From: Octopus vulgaris
Lineage: Eukaryota
Length of the DNA stretch: 64,000 nucleotides
Reading direction: 5' to 3'
NCBI GenBank assembly: GCA_951406725.2
Contig: OX597835.1
Coordinates: 45,942,001-46,006,000, forward strand
The stretch's first letter is position 1; the number at the start of each line of letters is the position of its first letter. Under the pieces are notes generated by a model, which was not told the origin of the DNA, made no database searches, and saw nothing but the letters and a program-made list of their open reading frames with translations. The position numbers were made by a program, and so were the translations under genes. Below are positions 26,561 to 40,817 of the stretch, in pieces.

Positions 26561-27639
26561 TAGTTCCTCAGTTTACACGTTAAACATTCCACATGACATT
26601 CTCTATTGACAATATGAATGACTGAGTTTTACACGCCAGGGAAAAAGAAAACAGATAAATAAATATATAAAACGCTACATCATATCCATCCTGAATAACA
26701 ACCGAGTTGCAGACCATTTACTGTGGAACTGTGGGGATAACCAGGATGCCGAGAGAGCGACGTAAATGTTTTCTCTAAGTAACACTTGATGAAATGAAGA
26801 TTACAATTTCGGTCTATTTACATGTTTAACATTGGTCTTTCACACTTCTGTTGCTCTGATATAATATGTTACATTCAATAAACCATTGCATAGGTTCAGT
26901 AGTTTTTCGAATATATCTTGACATGTATATTTAATATATAATTAAATATAATTAATTAATAAGCTCTGCGTAGCACCTCGCCTATGTCAACCCCATAAGT
27001 TGCTGTTGTTCTTTTTATACGCTGTTAAGCGCTTGGCTATCACATTTCATGCGCACACATTTCTCTACCAACGAATATGACTCTCAAGATTTTACTTTGC
27101 TTATTTTTCACTGCGTATGGTATTATCTGAGGGAAATTTTACAGCTATTTCTAGCAGATTTAGTGGCTGGGTAGACACTCCCCAATTCGCTATGCTTTAA
27201 AGATCATTGGTATTCTTTGGAATAAGAGTGTAATAAAATACAGGAATTACGTTTTATTATCTCCTCAATAGAAACCAAGATATTGAAGCAAGGCGCGGTG
27301 TAATTACTAATACTCTACACACGTCAGTTGAATAAATATCTTCTGTGATGTTCATGGCTGCGAGTTTCACCCAATCTTACTATATTTCATTCTCTTACTC
27401 TCATTTTGTCCGCCATTTTTGCTTAATTCAAGTCTCTCTCTTCCTCCTCTCTATCTTTCTCTCTCTCTCTCTCTCACACACACATGCACATGCTCTCTCT
27501 CTCTCTCTCTCTCTCTCTCGAATACAAAATGCAGCACATAGATACGAATAAATGCATGCCTCCACACAAGATGAGCACACATATACATAGATACATACTT
27601 ACATAAATGCATACATACGCACACAGGCACACACACACA

Positions 27640-27847
27640 CACACACACGCGGACTCATATACACATACACTCAACAAAAACCCACACACACATATGTACA
27701 TATATACTTATATACACACATCACATATATAAATACACACACAGAAGCCTATATATATGTGTGTGTGTGTGTGTATTACATATATATATATACATATATA
27801 TATATATACACACAAGCATACAAAACAAGCATGCACAAATACATACA

Positions 27848-27892
<45 letters not shown>

Positions 27893-28174
27893 CTCTGTCT
27901 CTCTGTCTCTGCCTCTCTCTCTCTCTCTCTCTCTGTATCTATCTATCTATATATATATATATATCTATAATATATATATATATATAATACACACAGACAC
28001 ACATATATATATATATACGCTTCTGTGTGTGTATATTTATATATGTGATGTGTGTATATAAGTATATATGTACATATGTATGTGGGGGATTTTTGGAGTG
28101 TGTGTGTATGTGAGTCCGTGTGTGTATTTATGTATGTATGTATGTATGTATGTATCTCTCTATCTCTCTCTCTC

Positions 28175-28207
<33 letters not shown>

Positions 28208-28240
28208 GCAGAGACAGAGACTGAGAGACAGAGAGAGATT
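27640..28240. repeat. Compound local inverted duplication (A B A' B')
   Basis: 27645-27790 (CGGACTCA...TACTTATATACACACATCACATATATAAATACACACACAGAAGC) is the reverse complement of 27985-28125. 27890-27960 (TCTCTGCCTCTC) is the reverse complement of 28176-28237. Confidence 0.85.
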
Positions 28241-29014
28241 GAAATGCATACATACATGTGTAGCAAAACCGCCTACCGCGCTTCTAAGATGTTTTAAGCA
28301 TGTCATTAAAATTCCTGATAGATTCGCTCTAATCCATTCCTAGTGTTACGATGTACTCCACTTGTAGAGAATTATATTGTTCCGAAATTCAAATTGCACG
28401 GAACGTAAAGAGGTAAATAGTGAACTGATATGATATCATGTCCTGCAGAAATTAGACAAGAGTAGATAGAGAAAACATTATGATATTTGATGCAATCGAA
28501 ACCGTTTAAAGATTGTGTGGTATGATGGTTAAACCTACAATAAAGAATTATTTAATATGGGCTAAATTCGTATACTTGAAGCAAGGAAGGGAATTTGACG
28601 TGAAAATTGAAAAGACCAACGCGAACCAGCCTAAAGTGTATCATAGATAGATAATTTGTTAGATGAAAAGAAATGCAATCATTCCTTGAATTTCCGTTTG
28701 AGGAATGGTGTACATTAATACTTGTTCGGTTATATTAATACCATATTTGCAAGTGTCCGTGTGTGGGTGTGATTGTGTATGCATAACAGAAAGAGAGAGA
28801 GAGAGAGAAAGGGGAAGAGAGTGGGAGAGAAGAGATATAGTGAGAGAGAAAAAAAAACAGAAATTTGGAAGTGTATATACAGAATGTTATGAACTCATTG
28901 CTGTCCTAATGTATTGAGTGTCAACCCGTGTTCGATTTACAGAACATGATGTAGCTTACAATCTATCAACCAATCAATCAACATATATATGTATATATAT
29001 GTTGATTGATTGAT

Positions 29015-29060
<46 letters not shown>

Positions 29061-29419
29061 ATATAGATATATATGTGTGTGTATATACATATATGTGTGT
29101 GTGTGTGTACGCACACACACACACATACACATATAGATATGTATGTATGCTCACACGCACAAACACAAGCCATAGCTGAAAGGCAACAATTTGTAATCGA
29201 TTCTTGTGAATCAACAGATACGCGCAGGTGTGTGTATGTGTGCACGCGAACAACTGTGCGCATGTGTGTATATGTATGCATAAGTACACACACACGCACA
29301 CACAAACACACACACACACACATATATATATATAAGGAGAGAAAGAGAGAGAATGAGAGAGAGAAACATGGGGAGAATCATTGTGAGACAAGAAATTTTC
29401 AGTGTCAGCGTTTTTAGCG

Positions 29420-30120
29420 AAGGGTGACAGTTGACTATTTCGACTGCATTGATTAACTCGTACTTATTTTATCGACCCCGAAAGGATGAAAAGCGATGTA
29501 TATCTCAGAGAAATTTGAAATCAGAACGTAACTGCAGACGAAATACCTACTTATTTACTACCCACAAGGAGCTAAACACAGAGAGGACAAACAAGGACTG
29601 ATAAACGGATTAAATCGATTATATCGACCCCAGTGCGGAACTGGTACTTATTTAATTGACCCCGAAAGGATGAAAGGCAAAGTCGGCCTCGGCGGAATTT
29701 GAACTGAAAACGTAGCGGCAGACGAAATACCTATTTCTTTATTACCCACAAGGGGCTAAACACAGAGGGGACAAACAAGGACAGACATAGGTATTAAGTC
29801 GATTACATCGACCCCAGTGCGTAACTGGTGCTTAATTTATCGACCCCGAAAGGATGAAAGGCAAAGTCGACCTCGGCGGAATTTGAACTGAAAACGTAGC
29901 GGCAGACGAAATACCGCTAAGCATTTCGCCCGGCGTGCTAACGTTTCTGCCGGCTCGCCGCCTTAGATATTCTTTTCTATTCTAGGCACAAGGCCCGTAA
30001 TGTTGGGGGAGGAGGCCATTGGATTAGATCGACCCGAGTACGCAACTGGTACTTAATTTATCCACCCCGAAATGATGAAAGGCAAAGTTGACTTCGGCGG
30101 AATTTGAACTAAGAACATAA
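29420..30120 (-). mobile_element. SINE type C with about 185-bp tandem internal units, plus the 3' part of an adjacent copy
   Basis: TCGACCCCGAAAGGATGAAAGGCAAAGTCG..CTCGGCGGAATTTGAAC recurs at about 29470, 29655, 29840 and 30060. The head is at 29915-29964. Confidence 0.9.
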
Positions 30121-30191
30121 GGAGCTGTGTGTGTGTGTTTATGTGTGTGTGTATGCGTGTGTCTGTCTCTGTTTGTGTGTGTGTGTGTGTA

Positions 30192-30256
<65 letters not shown>

Positions 30257-30321
30257 ATATCGTATTTCCAAATATTTGTTTTTGTTCTGTACAATTTTCT
30301 ACCAATACTTCTTCAGAGAAA

Positions 30322-30745
30322 GTCAGCAAGCTGGCAGAATCGTTAGCCCGCTCAGCAAGATGCTTAGCGGCATTTTGTCAGTCTTTATGTTCTGAGTTCA
30401 AATTCCGCCGAGGTCGACTTTGTCGTTTAACCTTTTGTGATCAATAAAATAAGTACTAATTGAGCAATGGCATCGATGTAATCGACTTAAACACTCTCTA
30501 AAAAAATTGCATGATTTGGGACAAAAATTGAAACCGATATTTCTTCAGAGATTATGGCAGTGAGCTCGCAGAATCGTTAGCTCGCTGGGTAAAATGCTTA
30601 GCGGCATTTCGACCGTCTGTACTTTCTGATATCAAATTCCACCGTGGTCGATTTTGTCTTTCATCAATTCAGGTTCGATAAAAACAAGTACCAGTTGATC
30701 ACTGGGGCTTGGTGTACTCTCTTGGCCTTGAGTCAAAATTTGAAA
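30322..30745 (+). mobile_element. Two tandem degenerate SINE type C copies
   Basis: GCTGGCAGAATCGTTAGC head at about 30330 and GAGCTCGCAGAATCGTTAGC at about 30562, each followed by ATGCTTAGCGGCATTT and the GGTCGA..TTTG centre. Confidence 0.8.
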
Positions 30746-31983
30746 TTAGTATTTCATCTGAGATTTGGCGTCGTTGATAGACCCAATGATATTGCTCCCT
30801 GCCCCTAGCATTTTATGTCCATTTTCTCGATGTTGTTTTGGATTTCTATTTGAATTTTTTTTTTCTCCAGAGAAAACAATATCAGCCACTGATATAGAAT
30901 TGGTGTTAACTTTTAGCCCAAGGTCCACATGGACCCTAATACTCAATTGACGCTTATTTTATCAAACTCGAAATTATGAAAGGTAAATTTGAATTGAAGA
31001 GAAACTGAAATCAGGACGTAATGAGGGACGAAATGCCGCAGTAAGAATTCTACGCGTTCGACGCCTTAAACACTGATGTAATATTGATCCAATTTACGTG
31101 CTGTATATCCTATAATGCGGAAATTCTCATAGAAGCTAGCTGCATTAATAAAGTTTGTCGATGATAAATCCTATTAGTTTCCTTGTTACTTCTTATATCA
31201 TTGCACGCATGGAGTTATCCCAACTTTAACAATTAGCTATACCTACATATTCATATTCATTCATAACACATTCTCTACTTGTAATCTCTACTTATGAGTT
31301 ATCGTAATTCTACTTGTAATTCTCTACTTATGAGTTATCGTCAAATTTGTACCAATGTCTAACTTGCCTTGTTTCGCATAAATTTCACGCTTCTGTAAAT
31401 AGTCTACAGTAGAATATATAAGAGTGATAATCGTCCACTAGCGATTTGTTAACGACAGACGAAACTATTAGATTCGAACTCCGTATCTTTTTGCCGAAAA
31501 CTTTGTTGTTTGAAACACGGCGCATGCATTCGCAGCAAGAAGGAATACATGCTTAGAAATTACATAGATATTACCACATACACAGATTTATCAAAGCCAC
31601 ATATACTGTGTTTGCATCACAGTTATTAAAACTATATAGCCCTGTAGAGTACGTGCGGATCTGAATATAATGTGAATTACTGAAATGGGTTGGTTTGAGT
31701 ATTTCTTTGAATTAAAATGAATTTAAGAATATTTCAAAACCCTATGATATTTTAAGGTAGAAGCCTGGTATTGTAAGATTCAAATATTTATTTCAACTGG
31801 TAAAGGAAGTTATTTTTCAAACTTGGGTACTAAGATACAGATACACACTAGTATACAATATATATGTATTTATACACACGTACACACACTCATATATATA
31901 TATATGTACACACGCACAGACCTATGTATTCATACTTATACACACACACACAAACACACACATACACACACACACATACACAT

Positions 31984-32143
<160 letters not shown>

Positions 32144-33141
32144 GCATATATAATTATGTGCGAATAATTAACGCAGCAGTTCCGGTAAACAGAATTTTAC
32201 AATTTTCACAGTTATATTCGAAAATATGTAAATAACATAAAATTTACATTTTACACTAACTCTGTTTCAGCTCTTACAATTTGAATGTCAATAATAAGAA
32301 AATAAGAAAAAGCTAAGTGGAAATAAATAAATAAATAAATAAATGCATAAAGATAAATATGGAAAATAAATAAATGAAGAATAAAAAGAAACTGAAAGGA
32401 AAATATAGGAAATAAATACTGCATTTTATTTTGGAGACATTAATAATTTGCTGATAGGTTTACCCTTAAAATCTTTATATCTATTTTCAAAACCAATCAT
32501 ATGTTTACAAGCTCTATTCAAAAGATTGTTTAGGAAAGAAATTAACAAAATGAAGTTTAAAGTGAAATATTAGAAAAAGAAGAAAATAGCAAACCCTAAC
32601 AAGCTAACAAGCCTCATTTTCTTTAGAATATTTAAATACCAGATTTTATAAATGCAAAACAAAATAAAAACTCGAAAAACCGAAATGAAATTAAATGAAA
32701 ATGTTAACAAGTGGTTGTGATTAATTACAGAAGTTCTATTTATTAAAATATGTTAATAATTGAAAATATGAAAAGATCTCTTTTAAATCAATCAGTATTT
32801 GCTACAAAAATCTGTGAAGTATTGCAGCAACGTGATTTGGCGAATGGAAATATTTTACGGTTGTATATTAAATAAAATGTTGCATTTTGCTGACAGGATA
32901 AAATATGAAATAAACTCAAGAACGGGATGATAGTTCTCTCATCGTCACGATTTCAGCGTTTTATTAATAGCCACTTAGAGTTGTATATCTGCATATGTGT
33001 TCGCTCATTCGTTTTACATCTTGTAAAATAGATTCGTTCATTATATGTTTCCAATGTACCAATAAGCGATTTGCCCCATTTACTAAAATAAAAACGTCGA
33101 GTAAATATCTGCCTCATAATGCAGTAATCGTTACTTTCAAC

Positions 33142-33178
<37 letters not shown>

Positions 33179-33489
33179 AAGAAAGGGAGAGAGAGAGAAA
33201 GAGAGAGACAAAGCGAGAGAGAGGGGGAGAGAGTTGGTGTGGGAGAGATATAGAGAGTGGGTGAAAGAATGAGAGAGAGGTAGGAAGAGGTTATATTTTC
33301 AAGCACTCAATCACACATACTCGCACACATTCATACATACACACACAACATACTCAGGCATATATATATATATGAATATATGTGTGTGGCTTTGTGCGCT
33401 TCTGTATGTATATATATGTGTGTGTATGTGTATGTGTGTGTGTCTGTGTGTGTGTGTGCGCGTTTCTGTATCTATATATGTGTGTGTGT

Positions 33490-33817
33490 GTAAGACCCCA
33501 CTTCGATCATGAATGACATGGGATTTCACGTAGAAAGTTTCCCCTAAGATGCGCAAGTCCGAGCAATGTTGTTTATGGAAGTTCACAAGTCCCATATGCA
33601 TACCAATATCTTCTGTCTACGCCACCGATGTATCCAAGGGAAAGGCAAAGGGGCCGATACAGCTTGGTACCAGTGACGTCGAAACTAATTTCCACAGCTG
33701 AGTGAACTCGAGCAACATGAAATAAAGTGTCTTGCTGAAGAGCACAACACGCAGCCGGTCCCGAAATTGAACACACTGCCGCATGATTGTGAGCCCAGCA
33801 CTCTAACCACTGGACCA
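33490..33817 (-). mobile_element. CORE-like tRNA SINE with a different 3' tail
   Basis: Minus strand: GGTCCAGTGGTTAGAGTGCTGGGCTCACAATC...GTTCAATTTC head, GTGTTGTGCTCTTCAGCAAGACACTTTATTTCATGTTGCTCGAGTTCACTCAGCTG core, and a tail ending GGGGTCTTAC. Confidence 0.8.
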
Positions 33818-34329
33818 TATATTTCTTTCATCAGTCTTGCACCAATTTACACTCTCACCCAATTGCTCGTGCCAGGTATAATTAGGTCCCACCTTGCATC
33901 TCAGTAGCAACAAGCCACATGACTCCCACTTAAATGTGGGTGTAGTAGGGTGCCTCTGTGTCTGTCGGGGTGGGATGGGAGCGTTTTTCTGTACACATAT
34001 ATGTATATATATATATATGCATATTGTGGTTAGGGTTTTGCCTTCTGTAGGGAAACATGGTGGCTTCAATTCCTACCTAGACCACATCATTTCGCGTTGC
34101 GCTGAGATTATTTCGCTACATGATGTACGGTACAACGCGTACCTTTTCAAACGACGTTGATTTGATGCATGGAGCGTGTGAACATACATTACAGGTAGTT
34201 TGGTTCCTCTAAATGAATCAGGTGTGTATGTTATTCAGAAAGAAATTGTAGAACCGCCTTTCTCGGAGTTTGAGAAGCTACGATCATCATAGATAGATCA
34301 AGAGGTTGAGAGATCAATATATAGACGTA

Positions 34330-34577
<248 letters not shown>

Positions 34578-34892
34578 GGAGACAGAGAGACAGACAGGCA
34601 AACAGATAGATAGATAAATACCTACTTACATATATGCATCCATACATGCATACATACATACATAGGTGAGTTTGTAGGTGTGTATGTGTGAGCTTGGATA
34701 CTTAGTAATTGCAATAATTACCTGACTCTCAAGGAAAGCGAGTTGAAAGATCTTGGTCAAGTTCTTCCAAATTTAAGCAATTAAAAAAACAACGCAGTCC
34801 TTTCATTAACGATATCTTAATCACTAATCAATTCTTTTTCTTTGACCCCGTCTCTCCTTTCTGTCTGTTATTTCTCGCTCTTCACCTCTTAT

Positions 34893-34924
<32 letters not shown>

Positions 34925-35241
34925 CCTCTCTCTCTTTCTCTCTGTCTTCTCCTCGTTATTTATCTGTTGCCGCGCGCGCACGCACAAACACACACACACA
35001 CACACAAACACAAACACACATTTAACATATTCATATACTTATGTATAAAACTATATCAATGTGCAATGTGTGGGTGTAGATATGTGGAGAGATAGGTAGA
35101 TACACATATATTTATACACACATTCAAGCGCACACGCACGCACACACGCATGTGTACACTTCCCCCCACACCTCTACAACCTACATTCGCACACATTTCT
35201 GTGTATATAAGTATATAGGTATAAAAGTATGGTCTAAAATG

Positions 35242-35304
<63 letters not shown>

Positions 35305-36449
35305 ATCTATATGTATGTGTATATATATGTATATACATATAAATGTGTGTATAGATATACATATAAATATATATATGTACATATATATATATGCGCGGGC
35401 ACACACACACATATATATGTGTGTGTATATATAAGCTTATGTGCGTACGTAATATGTATGTACATATCTTTCTATATATATGTTTGTTTGCATGTACGTT
35501 TCTATATATGTAAGAATGTACGTAAAGCCAAATATGTATGTTTTCTAGATCACACAAAGAAATATTGTAAAAAGAAAAGAAAATCAATATATATTTATAC
35601 CGAAATTCAGTATGATAGAGAATTATATACTTTATATACTATCGGCTTTCCTTATCATAATCACTCTCACCATAAACTTAAATGGCGCTCACGTAAAAAC
35701 TAACAATAAAAAAAATATGATTAAGATAGATTTCATACTCTGCATTCAGGTTTCCCCAAACCTAGACATTTTCTCCTCTTATAAGTTTTATGCCACCTGT
35801 CTTTGAAGTAGTTTAAATATAATTTTAAAAGAGTGTCTCTTTATTCGCTCGTTCTGCTAGTAATAAAGGCGAAATTTCGTTCAAATCACTGCCACTTCTG
35901 TAGATCAATGATCAGGAACACCGTTAATTTATCTCACATATATTCTAGAATCCCTCCCACATACTCTGATAAATCGTCTGATGATACAGTGTCCTACTCT
36001 GCTCGTGTATGTATAAACAGATGCAAACATACGCACACACGGACACACACACACACACACACACATAAACACAAATACACACAGGCATAGTGTAATATAA
36101 TATGGTATAACATAATATGATTTAATATGATGGTGCCCACCCGTCGACTTCAATATGTGAATATCTGACGGGGAGAATTGAACGAGAGAGAGGGTGGGTG
36201 GAAAGAAGGGAAAAAAACAAAGACAGAAACAAAGAAAGGAAAAGAAAGAAAGATAGAAAGAAGGAAAAAGAGGAAGAAAAAAAAGAAAGACAGAAAGGAA
36301 AAGAAAGAAAGAAAACAACTTTAAAACTAAAAGAAGCTGCATCTATTTGTGATGAATGTATGAATGTAATTTGAGTGCAGGAATAAATTTTGTTATGAAG
36401 TCACAATGGGGACATTGAAGATTTTGAGTTTGACTGGGATTGAGTAAAA

Positions 36450-37330
36450 GTGTCTGTTGATTGCTGGATATAGTTCTTTTATTGTTCTGTTCAAATCGAA
36501 CTGTTTTGCGGCATCACTACACATTTTAAGCAAAGCAGATCGATTTAGGAAATGGCTTCCCCAAGATTTCTAATGAATTTGGAGAGACTTTACTGATTGC
36601 TTCAATTTATTCTTATACCTAACTGTTGACCAGTATCCCTCTAATTATTGACCATACAAAAATATTTTCGGAATTTGGTCTTCTTTCTTTCGAAAGACAT
36701 GCCTTACCCATCTGCATCAAATACACAGTAGCATGCTTTTGATACTGCAGATATCACATCTTTCTTAGATTTTGATATTTGGAATCTTTTTTTGCAAGGT
36801 AAATGTGAAAGGATGTAATTTCCTTTAAATGTCTATAGTAGGTACTCCATGTTTCTACTCCAGACAAAAGTTTTCACAAAATACAAGATTTGTATACACA
36901 TATTCTAGTTTTCAGACTTACACCGTGTTCATACCATAAATGATGTGAAAATTTTCCAAAAGCATTTGTAGCTTTAGATATTTGAACATTGATTTCGTCA
37001 TTAAGAGTTTTCTTAACGCCTACTTCCAAGATATTTAAATGACCTGACAGACTTGATTAGCTTGTTGTCAACCATCACCTTTAAATTTTGAAAGTGTTCT
37101 TCCCCAGGCGTTGGTTGTAATAAAACTTCAGTCTTCTTGACGCTGATAGTCCGTTCCAAATGCATGAGCTGCCGCAGCAAAAGTGTCAGCTACTTTCAGA
37201 AATCCTTCAAATGTTTTTCACGTCAAAACGCAGTCACCAGCAAACGGAAAATCGTGTAGATCTCTTGTGAGTAACTGAAATTTTACATCTCTTTGGCAAT
37301 CCCTAAAATCATGTTGCAACATTATTGAAG
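36450..37330 (-). pseudogene. RTE/BovB-like LINE ORF2 remnant (RT C-half and C-terminal region)
   Basis: Minus-strand segments in order: DFPFAGDCVL (degenerate FADD, about 37255-37225), TISVKKTEVLLQPTPGE, FKYLGS, KTRICVYKSCIL*KLLSGVETWSTY, RWVRHVFR...IPKIFLYGQ, RYKNKLK, NRSA. Confidence 0.85.
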
Positions 37331-37349
37331 AGAATATGGAAATATAATT

Positions 37350-37748
37350 TCTTTTCTACTCTAGGAACAAGGCCCGAAATTTTTGGTGATGGGGCAGTCG
37401 ATTAAATCGACCCCAGTACGCAACTTGTACTTAATTTTGCCGATCCGGAAAGGATGAAAGGCAAAGTCCACCTCGGTGGATTTTGAACTAAGAACGAAAA
37501 GACAGACGAAATACCTATTTCTTTACTACCCACAAGGGGCTAAACACAGAAGGGACAAACAAGGACAGACAGACGGATTAAGTCAATTATATCGAGACCA
37601 GTACGTAACTGGTAGTTATTTAATCGACCCCGAAAGGATGAAAGGCAAAGTGGACCTCGGCGGAATTTGAACTCAGAAAGTAGCGGCAGACGAAATACCA
37701 CTAAGCATTTCACCCGGCGTGCTAACGTTTCTGCCAGCTCGCCGCCTT
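37350..37748 (-). mobile_element. SINE type C with internal tandem duplication
   Basis: Reverse complement of the 19509 element, with two GAAAGGATGAAAGGCAAAGT units. The head ends TTCTGCCAGCTCGCCGCCTT. Confidence 0.9.
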
Positions 37749-38885
37749 AATATGGAAATATAATATATGTGCGTGTGTCTGTATGTGTGTTTGTATGTGT
37801 GTGTGTGTGTATGTGTGTGTTGTGTGTGTGTTCTGTTGTGTGTGTGTGTGTGTGTGTTATGTTGTGTGAGTGTGCGTTGTGTGTGTTGTGTGTGTGTGTG
37901 CGTGTGCAGTATTCTCATCCGTTAATATACGTTTGTATTCCAGTTCACGTTGTTTTGTCTCAGTTCATCTGACCAGATGGACCCAATGGATGGTATGCTT
38001 CCAACAAGGGCCATCGCATCTCTTAACGATATGTCTAAGATTATATTCATGAACGTTTGTTTAACTTTTCCTAAATTTTCTAGAGCTGTTTTACAGAGGC
38101 TTAGCTGATATTTTTAATAAATCGCGAAACCACTGATGATATCTAACCGTCGCTTACCTGTAGGCCTCCGGTTTCCAGTGGTGATCCCCTGGGATCAGAC
38201 AATATCGGATTCCATTTACTGATGACTTTACGCATTCATATTTTATTATTTCATTTATTTTTTGTAGTAGGAGGCAATACAGTAATTTCTATGTTTCGGC
38301 TATCTTTGAAAACATTATTGTTGTTGCTAGTGTTGTTGTTACTGCTGTTGTTTACATCAAAGTTAGCCCTGATCGAGCGACTATGATAAAATGTTTTCCA
38401 AATATCAAAGTAGCATCTGGTTTTCATTGACAAAGCTATAAAACATGTCTCTAGATCATGACACAACCGAATTCGTTGATATAATATATAAACAACAAAT
38501 AACACACCACTTCAATACGATGCCTATACATGCTGGGAGAGAGTTAATAAAACTGTAGTAAATCCCTTCGTAAATGTCCTTTTAAAACTCGAACCACTAA
38601 AAAATGTTCTTTATGGGAAAGTATGACATATAAAATACACATTGATTAATAAACGTTAGATAGCCATGCCATAGAACAATTCAGCAGCAAATTCACTCAC
38701 AGATATACATCATAGGCCGCATCTATTAGAACTACATTTAACACGTATATCCTATATTACAAGAAACAAATGCACTCTTGTTAGAGAATGGATAAATATG
38801 CCATTAAAAACTCATAAAATGCAACGCAACATTTATCACATATAACCACAGACTCATTGGTAGGACATATTATCAAAATACCGGA

Positions 38886-39180
38886 ATGAAACAGCACAAA
38901 ACTAGCAAACCATGTAAAGTATTTCAGACAACTAATGTAATATACAAATTTCAGTGTAAACATGAAAGTTGTAAGCTTCCCGGTCCGATCATGCATTTAC
39001 AACAAGGAGCAGCCGTAACTCATTATAATACAGTACAGGAAATAAAATTAGACAGGAATACATTAGATGACAGCAGTACGATTACGATTTTACATAGAAT
39101 TCCGCAAAAACGAAAGGAATAACAATGCAAGTTTTACCAATACCAAATTAGAAACCAAAAATCAATACTCACAGAGAACA
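38886..39180 (+). mobile_element. Penelope-like GIY-YIG endonuclease remnant
   Basis: ORF 38886-39122 contains QTTNVIYKFQCKHESC...MHLQQGAAVTHY...LDRNTLDD, matching the Penelope NVVYxFxC...HxQxGAIxxH pattern. The YIG segment appears deleted. Confidence 0.6.
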
Positions 39181-40737
39181 GGCGGAAAATAAACCACGAA
39201 ATCTACTCGACCTAAACTGTTGTATATAATTATTCAATCCGGCGTTGACGATTTTATAAGTTATAATAAAATTCATTGCCATGATACTTTGCAAGCTACA
39301 GTAAAGTGCTTATATAAGCTACAATTACTTTTTTTTTTCGTTCCGATAATAAGGACAAAAATATCAGGGAACCTAATGGTCTAATCGCTTTATGAAGTCT
39401 ATTACTCTAAAATGAATATAAAGAGAGAATTAGGGGAAATGAAAAAAAATGTCTACAATAAACTGATTCATATCAAACACAGCCAGGTTTTTTATTCAAC
39501 TTGTTTGCGATTCAGTCAAAGACAGACGTAGATACATACTTACATACATACATACAAAGTAAATCTATAAGTGGTACAGTGAAGATTTGTAAGACATTCG
39601 CAAAATTCTTCATCTGAGATTCTTATGTGAACAGATGCACATACTTGTGTGTTTGCATCGACAGGACAACCATCACTTCAACTCAACTACATATTTAAAT
39701 ACACCGGGAACTCCTTTAACTCCAACAGTGTTGTTGCTTCGTTAGAGACTGGCTCGTCTTTCTCTCAAAAAGACTTTAAAACTCAAAGAAAAAGATGCAT
39801 GCATAAGTACACTCATATACAGACACACACACATACCGACGCACATAGCCTCCACCCAACACACAGACATATATAGACACACATCCAAGTTAAGCAGGTT
39901 GTGATTTTTACAACGCCTTACACCGCAGTAAACATCTAGAGAAGCCATCACGTGTAGACAATAAATGCTAAAATCTACTGATGATTTCAACTGAGGATAT
40001 TTCATCAGCATCAGTGAATAGCATCGTTGCGTCTTGTAATTTCACCGTGTTTCGGATCATCAGTAGTAGACAAACTTGGAAAATCTGTTAAACGGATATA
40101 GTATAGCAGTGGCTAAACAGTCGCGGATGTTACAAACACCTGGCTGGTTGTGTATAAATTAGTTATTAGCGACAGATGCAGCTTTTTTTAACGATAATAT
40201 CTTTGCTATTTAGTATCTGTCATCTCCACGTTGTTTGATTGCCTCTGTGGTTTTGGTTTCATTTCTTTTCCTTGATTTTTATCCATGTAAAGTTCGATGA
40301 TATTTTCTAATTAACGCGTAATATTCTATGATTGATTTACGAGTTATTTTCTGTTTGCCGAATGGTTTAATTTTCTCTCTGAACAGCAGGATATAATTTT
40401 CTGTTTGTCGTTGTTTCTTTGTTTAAGCCTAATATTCTAATCTGTATTAAACAGATAAATGATGTTTTAGCGTGACCAGCATGTCTGTGTGTGCGTGCGT
40501 GCGTGCGTGTGTACGTGGTTTTGTGTGTGTGTGTATGTGTGTGTGAGGGTGCACCATCTATTGTTAACCTACTCACAAGATTGTGAAATTCAGGTTTCAA
40601 TTCCCGGCCCGGAAATGAAAGGACAGCGCAAACATTTGATCACTATTTACAAATCATTTGTACAAGATCTTCATCAAGAGATTACAGAGCATATACGTAT
40701 ACTAACCCATACGTATACAAGGGTTTGTGTGTGTGTC

Positions 40738-40817
<80 letters not shown>

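Noticed and set aside
31270-31341. Short ~37-bp tandem duplication (similar ~30-bp one at 42139-42201)
   Set aside because: Ordinary slippage duplications with no further structure.
38125-38226. Two CTGATGA boxes with GAAACC/GGTTTC
   Set aside because: The order and spacing fit no hammerhead topology, and no convincing C/D snoRNA terminal stem is present.
39976-40068. Several CTGATGA/TCATCAG boxes near GAAA
   Set aside because: Stem II is only 3 bp or less, with no consistent stems I and III.
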